From positions 124,001 through 188,000 of the forward strand of contig JAKMXF010000333.1 of NCBI GenBank assembly GCA_024704765.1: DNA of 64,000 nucleotides. Direction: 5' to 3'. The DNA comes from Oopsacas minuta (lineage: Eukaryota; Animalia; Porifera). This document shows positions 43,601-58,600 of the stretch, piece after piece; within the stretch, counting starts at the first letter, position 1, and every line of letters begins with the position of its first letter. The position numbers and the translations under genes are program-made. The notes under the pieces are model-generated. The model was given only the letters and a program-made list of their open reading frames with translations, searched no databases and was not told where the DNA came from.

Positions 43601-46600
43601 GCCATTACTTCCGGCTTAGTTAACGACACTTTTAACAATCGACTTCAAGAGATATCTTCTTCCAATGCTTTGATGGCATCTGACGTTCTCAGTGACATCA
43701 CTCCTCCCATCCTGGAATCTTTTAGCTTTGATCTTGACTCTGGACTAATAATAATGACATTTAGTGAATCCATTAATTCCAGCAATCTGCAGGCTACAGC
43801 ATTCACTCTTCAGGGCAAGGACGTAGTCACGATATTAGATAATTTGGAACATACTATTATTTCCGCTGAATCATCTCAAGAAAATACAGCTATCATTGAA
43901 ATTTCGATTAGCACTACTGATTTAAACCTGATAAAAAGTAACAGGCTACTTGCTACATCTGTAAACACAACATTTATAACATATACTGATCAAGCAGTGA
44001 CAGATACAAACGGTCAGCCCATAGTCACTAGATCTGTAGGATTACAAGTATCTGAATTCATTGTTGATGAAACTTCCCCATTATTACTCTCCTTTGAAGT
44101 AGATATGAATATCGGTATTCTCACTATAACTTTCTCTGAAACAATTGACCCTGATACTGTTAATCCTTATAGTTTTACTCTCTATAGTGATAGTCGTATA
44201 TTCCCTACACAGCTAATATTAAATCTAACTGGAGGAACAGTTATTCCTACTCCTTCTGATATATTGATATTTACACTCAGCTTTGATGATGTTAATGAGC
44301 TCAAGTCAATTGATAATTTCTATACTCTAGAATCTAATTCATTTTTATCAATCAGAAGTACAGCAGTACAGGATATGTCAGAAAATAATGTGATTGCAAC
44401 ATTAGAACCAGTAATCTCTTCTGATTTTACTCGTGATGGTACCAATCCTATGCCTACACAATTTGATCTTGACCTCAATACCAACACTCTTGAGCTAACA
44501 TTCTCTGAAACTGTGGTAGGTAGTCAACTTGATATTACAGGCTTAACAATTCAAGATTCATTGACCCTGCCTACTCAATTGATTCAACTTACTGGTGGTA
44601 GTATTTATCCCTCTCTTGGCCCCATTTTGAATATTTCCCTGTTACAATCTGATATCAACTATCTTAATCAATTTTTAACATTGGCAAGCTCTAAAGAAGA
44701 TACTTTTCTCAATGTCCAAGCTAGTATTGTGACAGACACCAATAATAATCCTAATGATGAAGCCAATCTACAAGCTAGGAATTATACTGTTGATACTTCT
44801 CCCCCAACCCTGGCAAACTTCTCCCTTGATCAATCTGGTATTATTCCAACTGTTTTTCTCACATTGACTTTCTCAGAAACAGTTCTGGCTAGCTCACTCA
44901 GACCCGAACTATTCTCACTGCACTCAACCTCTCTGGGGGCTAACCCTATTGCCCTTGCTGGTTTCACTTCAGCATTAAACGATGTTATAATCATCTTGTA
45001 TCTAGACTCATTAGTTGTCAGCCAAATTAGAAGCCAGCCTCCAATAGGCAAAAATGTGAATTCTACTTACCTTAGCTTCCAATCTAATGCAATACAGGAT
45101 GTATTTTCTATTCCAATTCTCACTGTCCCTACTTCTACAGCTATTCAGTCAAATGCTCTAACTGCAGACTTTATATCTCCAATTCTTTCTAGCTTTGTCC
45201 TTAATCTGGATACACAAGAGATAATACTGTATTTCAGTGAAATAATCCAAGGTTCTACTTTTGATACTTTTAACATTGCTTTACAATCTGTATCTTTTGA
45301 TAACGCGACATCTTATAATTTTGGTGGTAGTTCTACCATGCCCACCAACTCATCTACCATCACAGTGATTCTATCTTCGTCGGACTTTACTGTTATTAAA
45401 AATAATACAGATTTTGGTGTCTTTCCCAACAATACTTTCCTCACTCTTTTGCCTGGTTCACTAATCGACTTGTCGCGCAATCTTGTCACGCGTATTAGTA
45501 CTTTGAATGCATTGATGGCAAGTAGGGTAATAAGAGATCAAACTTCTCCTAGACTTCTATCATTTTCTCTTAACCTAATTACAGATGAGTTCACGCTCCT
45601 ATTCTCAGAACCAGTAAATCCTGCTAATTTCGATTCCCGCCATATTTCGCTCTTGGACTCACCGGCTGTGCTTCCGAACGTTGCACATACTCTGCAAAAG
45701 CAAATTGAAGTTAGTTCTTACAACTTTTCTACTGTAATTATTTTCAAAATCTCATTTGAAGATTCTGCCACTCTTAAGACTCTGGCTACTTTAGCTACCA
45801 GAGTGGAAGATACTTACCTTGCTTCTGATCCAGAAGCCGTTACTGATGTGGATGGGAATCTCCTTGAGAGAATTTCTCAATCGAATGCCATTCGTGCAAC
45901 TTCATTTATTGCTAAAGACATACCTTCTAGCCCTATATCATTTACTATTGATTTCAACAGCAGGACTATTTCTATTACATTCGATGATCAAGTTAACGCC
46001 ACAGCATTTAAAGTTGAGTTCTTAACCATTTCTTCCCTGTCACAGAGCATTCAACTTGTAGACAGCAGTCCCATACCTGGAATTACTCAGACTGTAATTA
46101 TCCAACTTCATGATGATGAGTTTGTACAAGTTACACTAAATGGTATCTGTTCTACAGTCAATTCTTGCTTCCTTGATATCCTTGCAGGTGCTGCTGTAGA
46201 TATATTCGGTGAACCAACAGCATCCGCTTCTCTTAACAGTACACAACTTATGATAATTTCTGATGACACCAACCCAATGCTATCTCAATTTGATTCGTTC
46301 GATCTCATTAATGGATTTGTGAATCTCACTTTCTCAGAAGCAATTAATCCAAATACCCTCAACCTTACTTCAATTAAGCTTCAGTCTTTATTTGATGCTC
46401 CTGAGCAATATATTCGCCTATCTCAAGCGGATACCTTCTCTCCCAATGGAACTTCTATCACTATAGAACTAAGTAGAATTGATTTGGACCGTATCAAGCA
46501 ACTTGATAACCTCTGTACTATGCGAGGGAATTGTTATGTCACTTTAGACGCCTATGCTATACAAGATTTGTCTGGAAACTTTAACCAGCCAGTACCAGAT

Positions 46601-49600
46601 GCATTCCCAGGGATTATCGTACAGACATTCATTGTAGATAATATTGCCCCTACATTGTTAGCATGGGATTTAGATTTGAATCAAACTCGTATTTATCTGT
46701 ATTTTTCTGAACCAATATCAATCAGTTCATTAGATCCGACTAGTATTACAATTCAGACTTCTCAAGGAATTATTGATTCTGTATTTTTACTAACACTAAC
46801 TGATGGATTTTTACTCACAGCAAGTGATTCTGATAATATTTGTCTTATGCTTTCTTCTGCTGATGAGTTTGCTATCAAATCAACACTTCTTCCATTTAGT
46901 AGCACCGAATTCTTTTTATCTGTAACCAATACAACATGTTTAGATCTTGCCTTTAGGCCTAACTCACTTGAACCCATTCCTCCAACTTTAGCACTAGGAG
47001 TACGTGATTTCACAAGAGATACTATTCCTCCTAATGTTACTAGCTTTATACTGGATTTCAATACTAACTCACTCCTCATAACGTTTGTTGAACCTATCAA
47101 TATACGGACTTTTTCGATTCCTGAAATTTCTCTCTCTTCTACGAGGAACTTATCCGACCCTACACTTTCTATCGTTAACCTAACTGATGGTATTGTTAGG
47201 ACTCAAGACAATCAGTCATTAACTATTACTATTGAACTTGATATAGATGATTTAGTGTCTATTAAGTTAAATCCTTACCTTGCTAACAGTTTAAATGACA
47301 CATTTCTATCTATTTCTTCCCTTGCCTATACTGATGTTAGTTCTAATATGAACTTAGCTACTGAAGCTCTACAAATTGAAGAACTAATTCCTGACATAAA
47401 TATGCCACAACTAACCTCTTTCTCAATTGACATTGTACCCGGCCTGCTAAACCTGACTTTTGATGATGTTGTTAACATTATTACATTTGACTCTTCTGCC
47501 TTAACTATCCAGAACTTGATGAGTCGAACAGCGGGTTACTCTCTGACTACCTCATACAGCATTGGGAATCAGTCTGGCTATATCATTCGTGTTCAGTTAT
47601 CATCAATTGATCTTCTTGCAATCCGCTCTAATCCTCTAATTGCAATTAACAGGGAGTCTACTTACCTGACTATTCAGGCATTTGCTATTGATGGACTTAA
47701 CGGATTAGATCTACTTGCAATAACTGATGGGAATGCTCTTTTGGTGTCGCAATTTGTACAGGATACTTTTCCTCCAACTATAACAGCTATTGAATTTAAC
47801 TTAAACTTTGGTACAATTACTCTAACATTTAACGAATTTATTAATCAGAGTACTTTTGATATTGATCTAATTGTAATCAAGAATACTACTGGTAGTCAGG
47901 CTCTTACAATATCTCCTGGAGCCCCTCAAAGCGTAGAAACCTCAGAAGATGGTTTCTCGCTATCTATAACTCTATCGCAGGTTGTATTAAATGAGATTAC
48001 TCGTCTCACAAATCTCGCTACTTCCCGTTCAGATACTTTAATCTCTGCTTCATTAGGCTATATACAAGATTATTCCGGTCTAGACGCTATTACATTAATA
48101 GATCGGGTCGTTGACGTGTTCGTCAATGATACAACTAACCCTTCACTAACTTCATTTGACCTAGACATGAATACTGCTGTCCTGACATTGGTTTTCACTG
48201 AGACCGTCTTGGCAAGTTCTCTAAACGAATCACTTATCGTACTCCAACCTTATTCCAATTCTTCCACAATACCTAGTCTAACCTATGCTTTAACATCTGC
48301 TACCCTTCTTAGCGGAGACGATAGCATTATGCAGATTCAGATTTCTAAATTTGACATCGATTCTTTGAACCGGATTGACTTAGTCGCCAAGACTGCTCAC
48401 CGTACATACGTATCGTTTGGCTATAGGTTAATTCGTGACATGAGCCTGAACTTTGTTACTCCTGCACCTGTTGATAATGCTATTGCTATCAGAAGTTTTA
48501 TACGAGATTCAACCTCGCCGGATCTAATCTCATATTCTCTAGACTTGAACACTTATATACTCTCCTTAAGCTTTGATGAAGTAGTATCCTCACAATCTAT
48601 CAGATTCTCTGAGCTGAATATTCGAGCTTCCCCTTTTCTCATTAATCCGTCTGTGTCCCTTTCTGATGGCAGCCTCTCTGCTTTGGATAATGATGTCATT
48701 AACTTTCAACTAACCACCGCTGACCTCGACCTTATACAAAGTGATACAGATCTTGCTACTGACGTTTCGAACACTTATATCACATTTAGCTCTAATTTCA
48801 TTACTGATGTATTCTCGAATGCGGTTACCCCCCTTACCCTCCAGGCCGATAATGTTATTGTAGATACAAACCCTCCATATCTAGTTGAGTATTCTTTGAA
48901 TATGTCGAATTCATTGCTATCATTGACGTTTTCAGAAGTTATTGATCGTGACTCTGTAGTACCTTCTCTGTTCCAATTTCGCAGTAACACACTAGGGAGC
49001 CAGACATACAACCTTCAGGCAACTTCTTACACAGGAAATAACAATAGAATCATTTTAATTACTCTCGGAGAGTCAGACTTTTTCGCTCTCCAACTTGATT
49101 CTGCTATCGCCGTTTCTCAAGATACCACGTTTCTATTCATTCCCGTTGGTGCCGTTTCTGATACAGCAGGAAATACAAATCTTGCGACAACTCCTGGTCT
49201 ACCAGTTACTAATTTCTACATGGATGTTGTTGGCCCCTATGTCATAAGTTTTACTCTTAATATTGGGACTGGAGTATTGTTTTTAACCTTTTCTGAGCCT
49301 GTTGAGTTAAATATTAACATCTCCGCTATTACTCTCATCAACGCTAATCTAACTTCAACAGCTACTCAATCTCTCCCTCTGTCTATTTTAACAACTTTTA
49401 CTAGTTTAAGCTCTCTTCTATTTGAAGTACAAATGACAAGTTCTGATTTCAGTCAGTTACAATTAAGTTCTCTATTGGGAACAAGTATTACGAATACCTT
49501 TATTGCACATACCTCAACACTTGCAATAGATCTAGTGTCAGTACCAGCTCGATCGATTGGGTACGATAGGTTTGCTGTACAAGCTGCTCAAATTCTCACT

Positions 49601-52600
49601 GATATAATACCTCCTTCACTTCTCTCATTTTCGTTGGATATGGATTTAGGATTGATTTCATTGACGTTCAGTGAGGCAGTCAACATAACTAACTTCTCTC
49701 CCACAACTATAGTACTACTTAGTCTTAATTCAACTGATTCATCTATTTCAACATTTACTCTAACTGGAGGTACTATTTATGCGCTTAGCCCTTCTGTTAT
49801 TGACTTCATGCTCTCAATTTCTGATTTTTCTGATATCAAGAAACTTAGAAATCTTGCTACTTCTCGTGAGGACACTTTCCTCTCCCACTCAGCAAACCTT
49901 ATCACAGATTTATCGGATTCCTTAACGTCGTCCATTCTTCCAGATAATGCCTTACAGGTTTCTGAATATACCCCTGATACTACTGGCCCTATTCTCCTTA
50001 ACCTAACTATTAACTTTAATGACAATGTGGTGACACTATTGTATGATGAACCAGTAAATACAAGTACTCTGCTTACCAATTTGATTACATTATCTAATGA
50101 CCAGGGTTCTAGTATTTCCCTAGCAACAGGATTAATACTATCTAATATTCCAGATGAAGAGGTGTATTTCGTATTAGAACAACAAGACCAACATATGTTG
50201 AAGACTATTAGCTTTGAAAGTGTGTGTTTATCAAGTTGCTCACTTACAGCTCCTGCTGGGATTGTATTCGACATCGCTCCAATTCCTATTCAATCCCAAG
50301 AGTTAGCAACAGCTAATAATATCTCTGCTAACATAATCCCTGATATAACACCACCTACACTTACCCAATTCATCAGTTTTGATCTTAATCTTGGCCTTAT
50401 CTTCCTATCCTTCGATGAGCCTCTTAATGTTAGCTCTATTCAAATACCATTCCTCTCATTAAATAGTGATTTCTTTGACTCTGAGTCAACTATCAATTTG
50501 ACTAATGCAACAGTTCTATCAACTCAATTCGACGTCATGCTCAGGTTAGAACTTGTACCAAGCGATTTAGATAGAATCAAACTTGATACAGATACCTGCA
50601 CTAGGCAAAGAGACTGTTACATCAGGTTTTCTTCCGATTTTATTGTTGATAGTAGCAATAATCCTATTCTTGCGGTTATTGAGAATGTAATTCCTACAAC
50701 AATTGAATACCCACTCTCTCTTGTACCTGATACTGAGCCTCCTCAACTCATTTCATTCGACATTGATGTAAATATTGGTGTGATTAATATGACATTTAAT
50801 GAACCAGTAGACAGTACTAGTTTCCAACAGCAAGTTCTTACTCTGCAAAATGCATTTTCAAAGACAACAGACTATGTTCCTTCCTCAATTTTTATTACTA
50901 GTCCTAATGGCCGCGTTCTTCAGGGTCAGCTCCTGATAATTCCAGATATAGAAAATATCCAATCAGATTTTGAGCTCGCAATTAGTCCAAACTCCACTTA
51001 CATTAGCTATTCCTCAAGTTTAATTGACGATATGGCAGGTAACCCTATTCAAGAACGACTAGACAATGTTAATCCCCTCTTGGTATCAGGCTTCATCGGG
51101 GACACAGTGAGCCCTATTTTAGCATCATTTGTGACATTTAATTTGAATGCAGAAACTTTTACAATTAGTTTTAACGAGCCAATTAACAACGGTACCTTAA
51201 ACATCTCTGCTCTTTCTTTTTCGAGTGATTCTTCAGGTACTACACGTATTTTCCTTACTGGAGCAAAATCAATAAGTGCAACTCCTGACCAGAAAGATCT
51301 TGTTGTCTCTCTTACGGACAATGACGTTACTACAATTAAGCTAAATCCTGCTCTCTGCACGAGTAGAACAGATACATACATATTTATGGAACAAGATGCT
51401 ATTCGTGATGTTGCTCAGAATAGTTTGGCAGCTTCTGGATTTATACAAGTAGGCTCTTTTGTACCTGATACCACTGCCCCTGAGTTAATCGAATTTTCTC
51501 TTGATATTGACAGTGGAGTGTTACATTTAACCTATTCCGAAGTTGTTAGAACTTCGTCATTAAACCCTATTCACTTAACCCTGCAGAACACCATCCCTCC
51601 TACTTCTACACTATCTCTCTCAGGTGGCTCTACACTCGATCCCAATAATCGATATTTTTCTTTAACCATTTCAGACACAGATCTCAATAATCTCAAGCGT
51701 GAAGTAGATCTTGCTTCATCATTTAACACTACCTTCATTGCAATTGCTCCTTCATTTATTACTGATGTGTCTTCTATTCCCTTGAGGAGCATATCTTCTT
51801 CGTCACCAATCCAAGTTTCTAATTTCTATTCAGATCAAACAGCTCCTGAACTCATTGCCTATACATTCAACCTTGATAATCAAGTACTTAGTCTTCAGTT
51901 TTCTGAAGCTATTGATGAGCAGACTTTCGACGAACAACAATTAACCTTACAATCTGACCTTATGGGCCTATTTGGAATCGGAGTATCATCTCTCACTCTC
52001 ACTGGCAGACAGGATCTTATCCTAATTGGTACTACAGTTCTTAACCTTACCCTCACTGATCAAGATACCAACTTTATTAAGACTGATGTCAATTTCGCTG
52101 TCAACACCAATACAACTTTTATTAGCATTACAGATGCTTTAGTAGTTGATTTCAATAATAACGCCATACTAGCAATTGATCAAAATACTGGATTAGAAGC
52201 TTCGGTATTTCTACCCGATAACCAGCCTCCATTGCTAAGTGCTGCTTCAATTGACTTGAATACTGGTATCTTGCTGCTAACCTTCAGTGAGACCATCAAT
52301 GCGCTTTCTTTTACTCCAACTCTTGTTCAACTGAGTAGTGAGATTGGCTTAACTTCTCCCTCTACAATATTATACCAACTAACCGGCGGAAATCCCTCGA
52401 CAGTTAATACAACAGAAGTTTCTTTAAATCTTACTTCTGCTGACCTGAATTCTATTAAACAAATTGAGAATCTCGCTTCCCCTCAAAACCCTGGATTTGT
52501 TACTGTACAAGCCAATGGTATTGGAGATATGGTTGGGAATAGTATAGCATCCGTCTTCATTGGCATAGAGTTGGATCCCTATACACCTGATAGTATTAAT

Positions 52601-55600
52601 CCAACTCTCTATGATTTCACGTTTGATTTAGACCAAGATTTCCTCCTGCTAACATTCTCTGAGACAATCAATGTCAGCAGCGTTATTCCTAGCGAAATTG
52701 TTATTCAAAGTACATCATCATCTCTTCTTTCATTTCATCAGCTTACAACTTCTACTGTTTCTTCTTTGTCTAACTCTGATATTATTGAGATCCTAATATC
52801 TAGATTTGATAGTAATGAGATAAAGAAACAAACCTCGCTTGCAACTACTGCAAATTCAACATTTATCTCATTTGGAGCAGATTTCGCTCGAGATATGAAT
52901 CTGAACCTTATCCAACCAATTCAATCTGTCTTTGCACTTAGAGCAGAGGTTTATAATACTGACGTTACACCTCCTTCTCTCACAAGTTTCTCTCTAAATC
53001 TTGATAATGGAAACCTAAATTTGACTTTTGATGAAACAATTCTGTTGGATAGTTTCATTGTGGAGAATATCGTTTTGCTGGATGGTCGTGGTACAGGAAG
53101 ATTTGTTTTGACTAATACAAGTGTCCTCACTACTGACTCAGATAGTGACGTTCTTACCGTTCTTGTAAGCAATGAAAACCTAAATTTTATCAAGGAAGAT
53201 TCAGATCTTGCTACTACCGATCTCACTACTTTTATTTCTTTTTCTCCTCAACTGGCTCAAGATATGTCTGGTATTGACATAATATCAATTCCAGAGTCAA
53301 ATCCAATGATAGTCAGTTTCTACTTTGCTGACGAAACTCCTCCATCTTTGACCAGATTCGATCTACTCATGACACAAGGCACAGAACCGCTTCAACTAAT
53401 ACTTTATTTTGATGAGACTGTTCTCTCTGACACGTTCGTTGTATCTAGAATTGTTTTGCTTGACAATCTTGTCCCCTCATTTAGCTACAGATTAACAAAC
53501 AGAGATGCTCTGGTACAGAATTCACCCTCAATTATCCAACTAAACATATCGGACACTGATATTGCTGGTATTCGATCTCAAAAACCTCTTGCTCAAGATG
53601 TTGATAAAACCTTTCTTACCATTGAGGCTAACTGCATTCAAGATACTGAATTAATTCTCAATATTGAGAATACCATTCCTGTAACAGACTATACTGCAGA
53701 TTTGGTCAATCCTCAACTTTCTTTGATTCTCGGAGCCCTCGACCTAAATACTGGTATACTCTCCCTTACCTTTGATGAAGATATAAATGTTGATACTACA
53801 AGAATTGAGTTTGTAACCTTTCATAATACAATTAATAGTACTGGAGATAACCACACGTTATTCAATGCCACTGCAATGTCTTCGTCGAATCCTGTGGAAG
53901 TACTCGTTGTTATTGGTGAAGAAAATCTTGACTTTATCAAGACTCTTCCTAATATATTTGATACATTAGCCATTTACCTAGACTTACAATTTGACTTTAT
54001 CAGAGATATTGCCAACAACCCATCAGATCCTACGAATGCTAATTCTCTGCCTCTAATTTTGGTCCTTACAGACTCTACTAATCCAGATTTAGTTAGTTTC
54101 AGAATTGATCTGATGGATGGTTTTTTGGTATTTTCTTTTAGCGAAACTGTGGACACCCTTACTCTTGATCCTTCTCTTTTCACTCTTCACAATTCTGGTT
54201 CAATACAGAGCCATACCCTTACTGGTGGTACTGTTGATTCTACACAACGCTATTCCACTTATCTTACTCTCAATCTTGATGAAGATGATCTCAATGACAT
54301 CAAAGCACAGAATAACCTAGCGGTAAATCTGACAACTAGCTTTATTTCTGTACAAGTCGGTGGTATTCTCGACACATTTGAGAATTCATTGAATGCAAGG
54401 AGTAACCTCCCTGCTTCTATGTATGGCATAGACGAAACTCCTCCAACCTTGGTGTACTTTTCTCTTGACCTAAACTCCGCGGTTATCACTTTATCTTTTG
54501 ATGAAACAGTTCAGATTGGCACATTTGATTTTACTAGAATAACTCTATTGAATTCAATCAACGGTAACATTACGTATAGTCTACAGAGCAGTGTTCATAC
54601 TGATTACAATGCAGAGATAGTTCAAGTGTATTTATCACTACAAGATTCTAACTTTATTAAAGGCCTAAGATTATGTGACTCTCAAATAAACTGTTTTATC
54701 TCAATCACTCCCGAGCTAGTGCAAGACATGGTGAACAGACCAGTAATTGAGATACCACGAAGTGCTCCTCTTCCAACATTTAATTTTACACGCGATAGCA
54801 CAGCCCCATCCCTGGAAGAGTTCGTTGAATTCAATCTAATATCAGCTACTATTAAATTATCTTTTTCAGAAATTATTGATGCTAGCAGTTCTAATATCAC
54901 AGCTATCACTTTGCAATCCTTCTTTGAATCTCCTCAATCTAGTAGGACGCTTCTCTCTGGTACAATTAATTCAACTGATTCGACTGAGTTAGATATTATC
55001 ATCGGCGAAGTTGACATTCTAAGGATTAAGGAAATTGGAGATATTTGTGACCGACGTTCCCATTGTTATATCACACTAACCTCGTTTTTCATTCGTGACT
55101 TTGCTGACAATGCTAACAATCCTATTACTGACGGTCCTCCTGGTTATGTAGTGACCAGGTTCATATCTGATTCCACACCTCCTTACCTAATATCTTACAA
55201 TCTTGACCTTGATAATTCAATGTTAACTCTATTTTTCAATGAACCAGTTGTCACTTCATCCCTGGATCCAACTGGGATTTCATTTCAAATCTCTCCTCTT
55301 TCACAAGTTGAAGATCAGATACAACTCACTGGAGGGTTTTCTAATAGCAGTGATGCCTCTCCTACTATTGACTTCTTTGTTAGCAGAATTGATCGGAATA
55401 TAATTAAGAATAGTAATATTGCAAAATCTAAGGATACAACCTTTCTCACACTAATAAGTGGTACAATTACCGATTCTGCTATCAATAGGAATCCTATTGT
55501 AGCTATTACTAATGGGAATGCTACGCAGGTTACCAACTACACTGCAGATACTACTGCCCCTATATTGAAAACATTCCAGCTAAATCTCGATGCACATGAG

Positions 55601-58600
55601 ATACTTCTGAGCTTTGATGAACCTATTTCTACCTATACTTTTAACATCACTTCGATATCATTACAGAACTCTGCTACATCCCCTTCAGTTTTACTGAATC
55701 TCACAGACAGTTCAATTTTTGAACAATTGATATATTCTGAAACAATTACTATTTTACTTTCAGAAATTGACATTGTTAGCATAAAACTGGATAATAATCT
55801 CGCTACAGATTCTAATAACACATTCATAAACTTGCTCTCAAATACTTTGGAAGATTCCTTTGGTAACAATATCTTAGATACTTATGGTCATCAGGCTATT
55901 ATTAATTTACAAGACATTACCCGTCCAGAATTGATTGAATTCTCAATCGAAATGCAGACCGGTAGACTAAATTTAACATTCAACGATGTAGTACGTGCCA
56001 ATACCTTTGATCCTACAGCAGTGATGATTCAGAGAGGTCAGAACTCTTTACCAATGCATCAAGCTACACTAACCAGCTCTACCTCCGCTTTATCAGTGAA
56101 TGATTTCATTATCTATGTTACTATCAGTATCCAAGATCTTATACGAATCAAAGAAGTACCATTCCTCGCTGTCAACAAATCCACTACATATCTTGTGATG
56201 CAAGCATTTGCTATAGACGACTTATTGGGAGTAGATGTGTTAGCAATTACTAACGGTAAAGCGATTCAAGTGGAAACTTTCATCGCTGATAATATCCCTC
56301 CAGAATTATCTGAATTCAGTTTTGATCTCAACTCTGGAACATTAACTCTAACATATACAGACACTGTTGCTGCAGACAGTTTATCAATTACATCTATTAC
56401 ACTTAGTGATTCTGATTCAATTATTGCAAATCGTGTAACTCTTACCAATGGAACCGTCTCAAGGTCATTATTTGGGAATGAAGTGACATTGACAATCGAC
56501 AACGATGATCTAAATACAATTAAAGAGGAGACTACTCTAGCTATCTCCAATACGACGATTTATCTTTCTGCACAGCCTGATTTTATTGTTGATCTTGCTG
56601 GAAACTTTGCTCCTGAGATTTCATTAACAAGTCCCATACCAGTATCTCAATTCGTTAGCGACACAACTGGAGCAATTTTAACATCATTTGATTTGGATAT
56701 GAATACAGGGATTGTCACATTATACTTTAGTGAAACTGTAAATGCATCAACTATTGACCCTTCAGCAATAACCTTGATGCCTCAGAGCGATTCAACATCT
56801 CGCATTTCAGAAACTTTTACCCTGAATGGACAAACCAGTACTTCAACTATTAACAAACCAGTTGTCACTACCTTAATGTTATTTAATGATGTTAACTCTA
56901 TAAAAGCTATTACTACTCTTGCTTCTAACGAAAATAACAGCTTTATTGCTCACACCTCTCTCTTAATCCAGGACATGAGTGGTAATCTAGCCATAGCTAG
57001 GAGTATTTCTAGTGGTATTCAAGTTTCATTATATCAACCTGATGTTGATCCACCTCAACTCAATTCATTCGATTTAGATATAAACGTTGGTACCCTGATC
57101 CTTTCATTCTCAGAAACTATGCGTCCTTCATCACTAAACTTTGGACTGATTACTTTACAAAGTTTTGCTAACATAAGTGATCCGGACTCCTCTTTCTATA
57201 CACTACAAGGATCCGTTTTCTCTCCAATAGAATTTTCTACCGTTACTATAACACTCTCTGATACTGACTTGTTTGCGCTCCAGCGTGATGACTTGCTTGC
57301 AATTTCTCAAGTGACTACTTTCATTAGTTTTCTTGAAGGCGCTATATCAGATACTACTGGTGTACCTGTTATATCTACTTCTAATCAAACAGCCACTATG
57401 GTTTTTCTATATACCGAAGATACAACTTCTCCCTCAGTGCGATACTTCGACCTCGATATGGATGAGGGAATTTTACAAATTCATTTTGATGAAGTAATAC
57501 GTATTAGCACCCTTAATACAAATTCCTTCATTCTCTTGAGTGGTAACAATACTACAGATAATCCTACTACTTTGAATGATTTATCCCTGAACATATCTGA
57601 AAATTCACACATTCTCACTTTTGTTATTGGTTTGGATATATTAAACACTCTGAAAGCGAATATTGCCATAGCTCGGGATAGAGGAACAACATATTTACGT
57701 CTGCTAAGTGGTTCTTTACTGGATATGTCTGCCAGAAGTTATATTGAAACATTTCCTATTCCCGTTCGATTCTTTACTTCCGATACCACGAACCCAACTC
57801 TCCTATCCTTTTCTTTGGATCTAAATTTAGGTGAACTAAGACTAGTATTTGATGAGACTATGAATACTAATCCCTCTGATGTGTTGATTCCTGGATTGAC
57901 GATTCAAAGAACTATTTCAGACTCTAGTGAATCTGTTCCACTAAGAAATGGTAGTACTGTAGGCACAGGGCTCCCTTCGTCTGCGGTCACTATTGATCTT
58001 TCTGAAGAAGATTTGAATCGACTAAAATCTCAACCTACCTTAGGTACTGATGTATCAAATACTTTTCTAACTATTTTACAAGAGACAATCCAAGATATGA
58101 ATTCTAATCCAGTCAATCAAATTACTCCTCTTCAGGCCAAGCAGTCTAATTCTGTAGTACCTGATACGATCTTGCCTAACCTTGATGCATTTGATTTCGA
58201 TCTCAATACAGGCTTGCTCAATCTCACCTTCTCAGAATATGTGGATATTTCAACCCTTGAGCTTTCTGAACTAACTTTTCAGAACCTCTTGAATTCACCA
58301 ACTCGTTTCTATGCTCTCACATCTCAGTTATCTTTAGAGCAGTATGTAACGATAATTTCTATACAACTTACTGATTTTGACCTTAACGAGATAAAGAAGA
58401 GACATACTCTCAACCCCTCTTGCTGTGACTCTAATACCACTACATTCGCATCAATTACTGCATTGCTTATTCGTGATGCTAATAACAACCAAGTATCTCC
58501 TCGTTCACTCCCTGTTACAATATTTATAGCTGATACTACTCCTCCATCTTTTGACGAGTTTGTATTAGATTTGAATTCTGGCGAGCTCTCACTTGCATTT

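Noticed and set aside
2157-54320. Nine short plus-strand ORFs overlapping the giant ORF in another frame
   Set aside because: They are 60-81 aa, all in the same off-frame register and L/I-rich as expected from frameshifted reading. There is no independent support.
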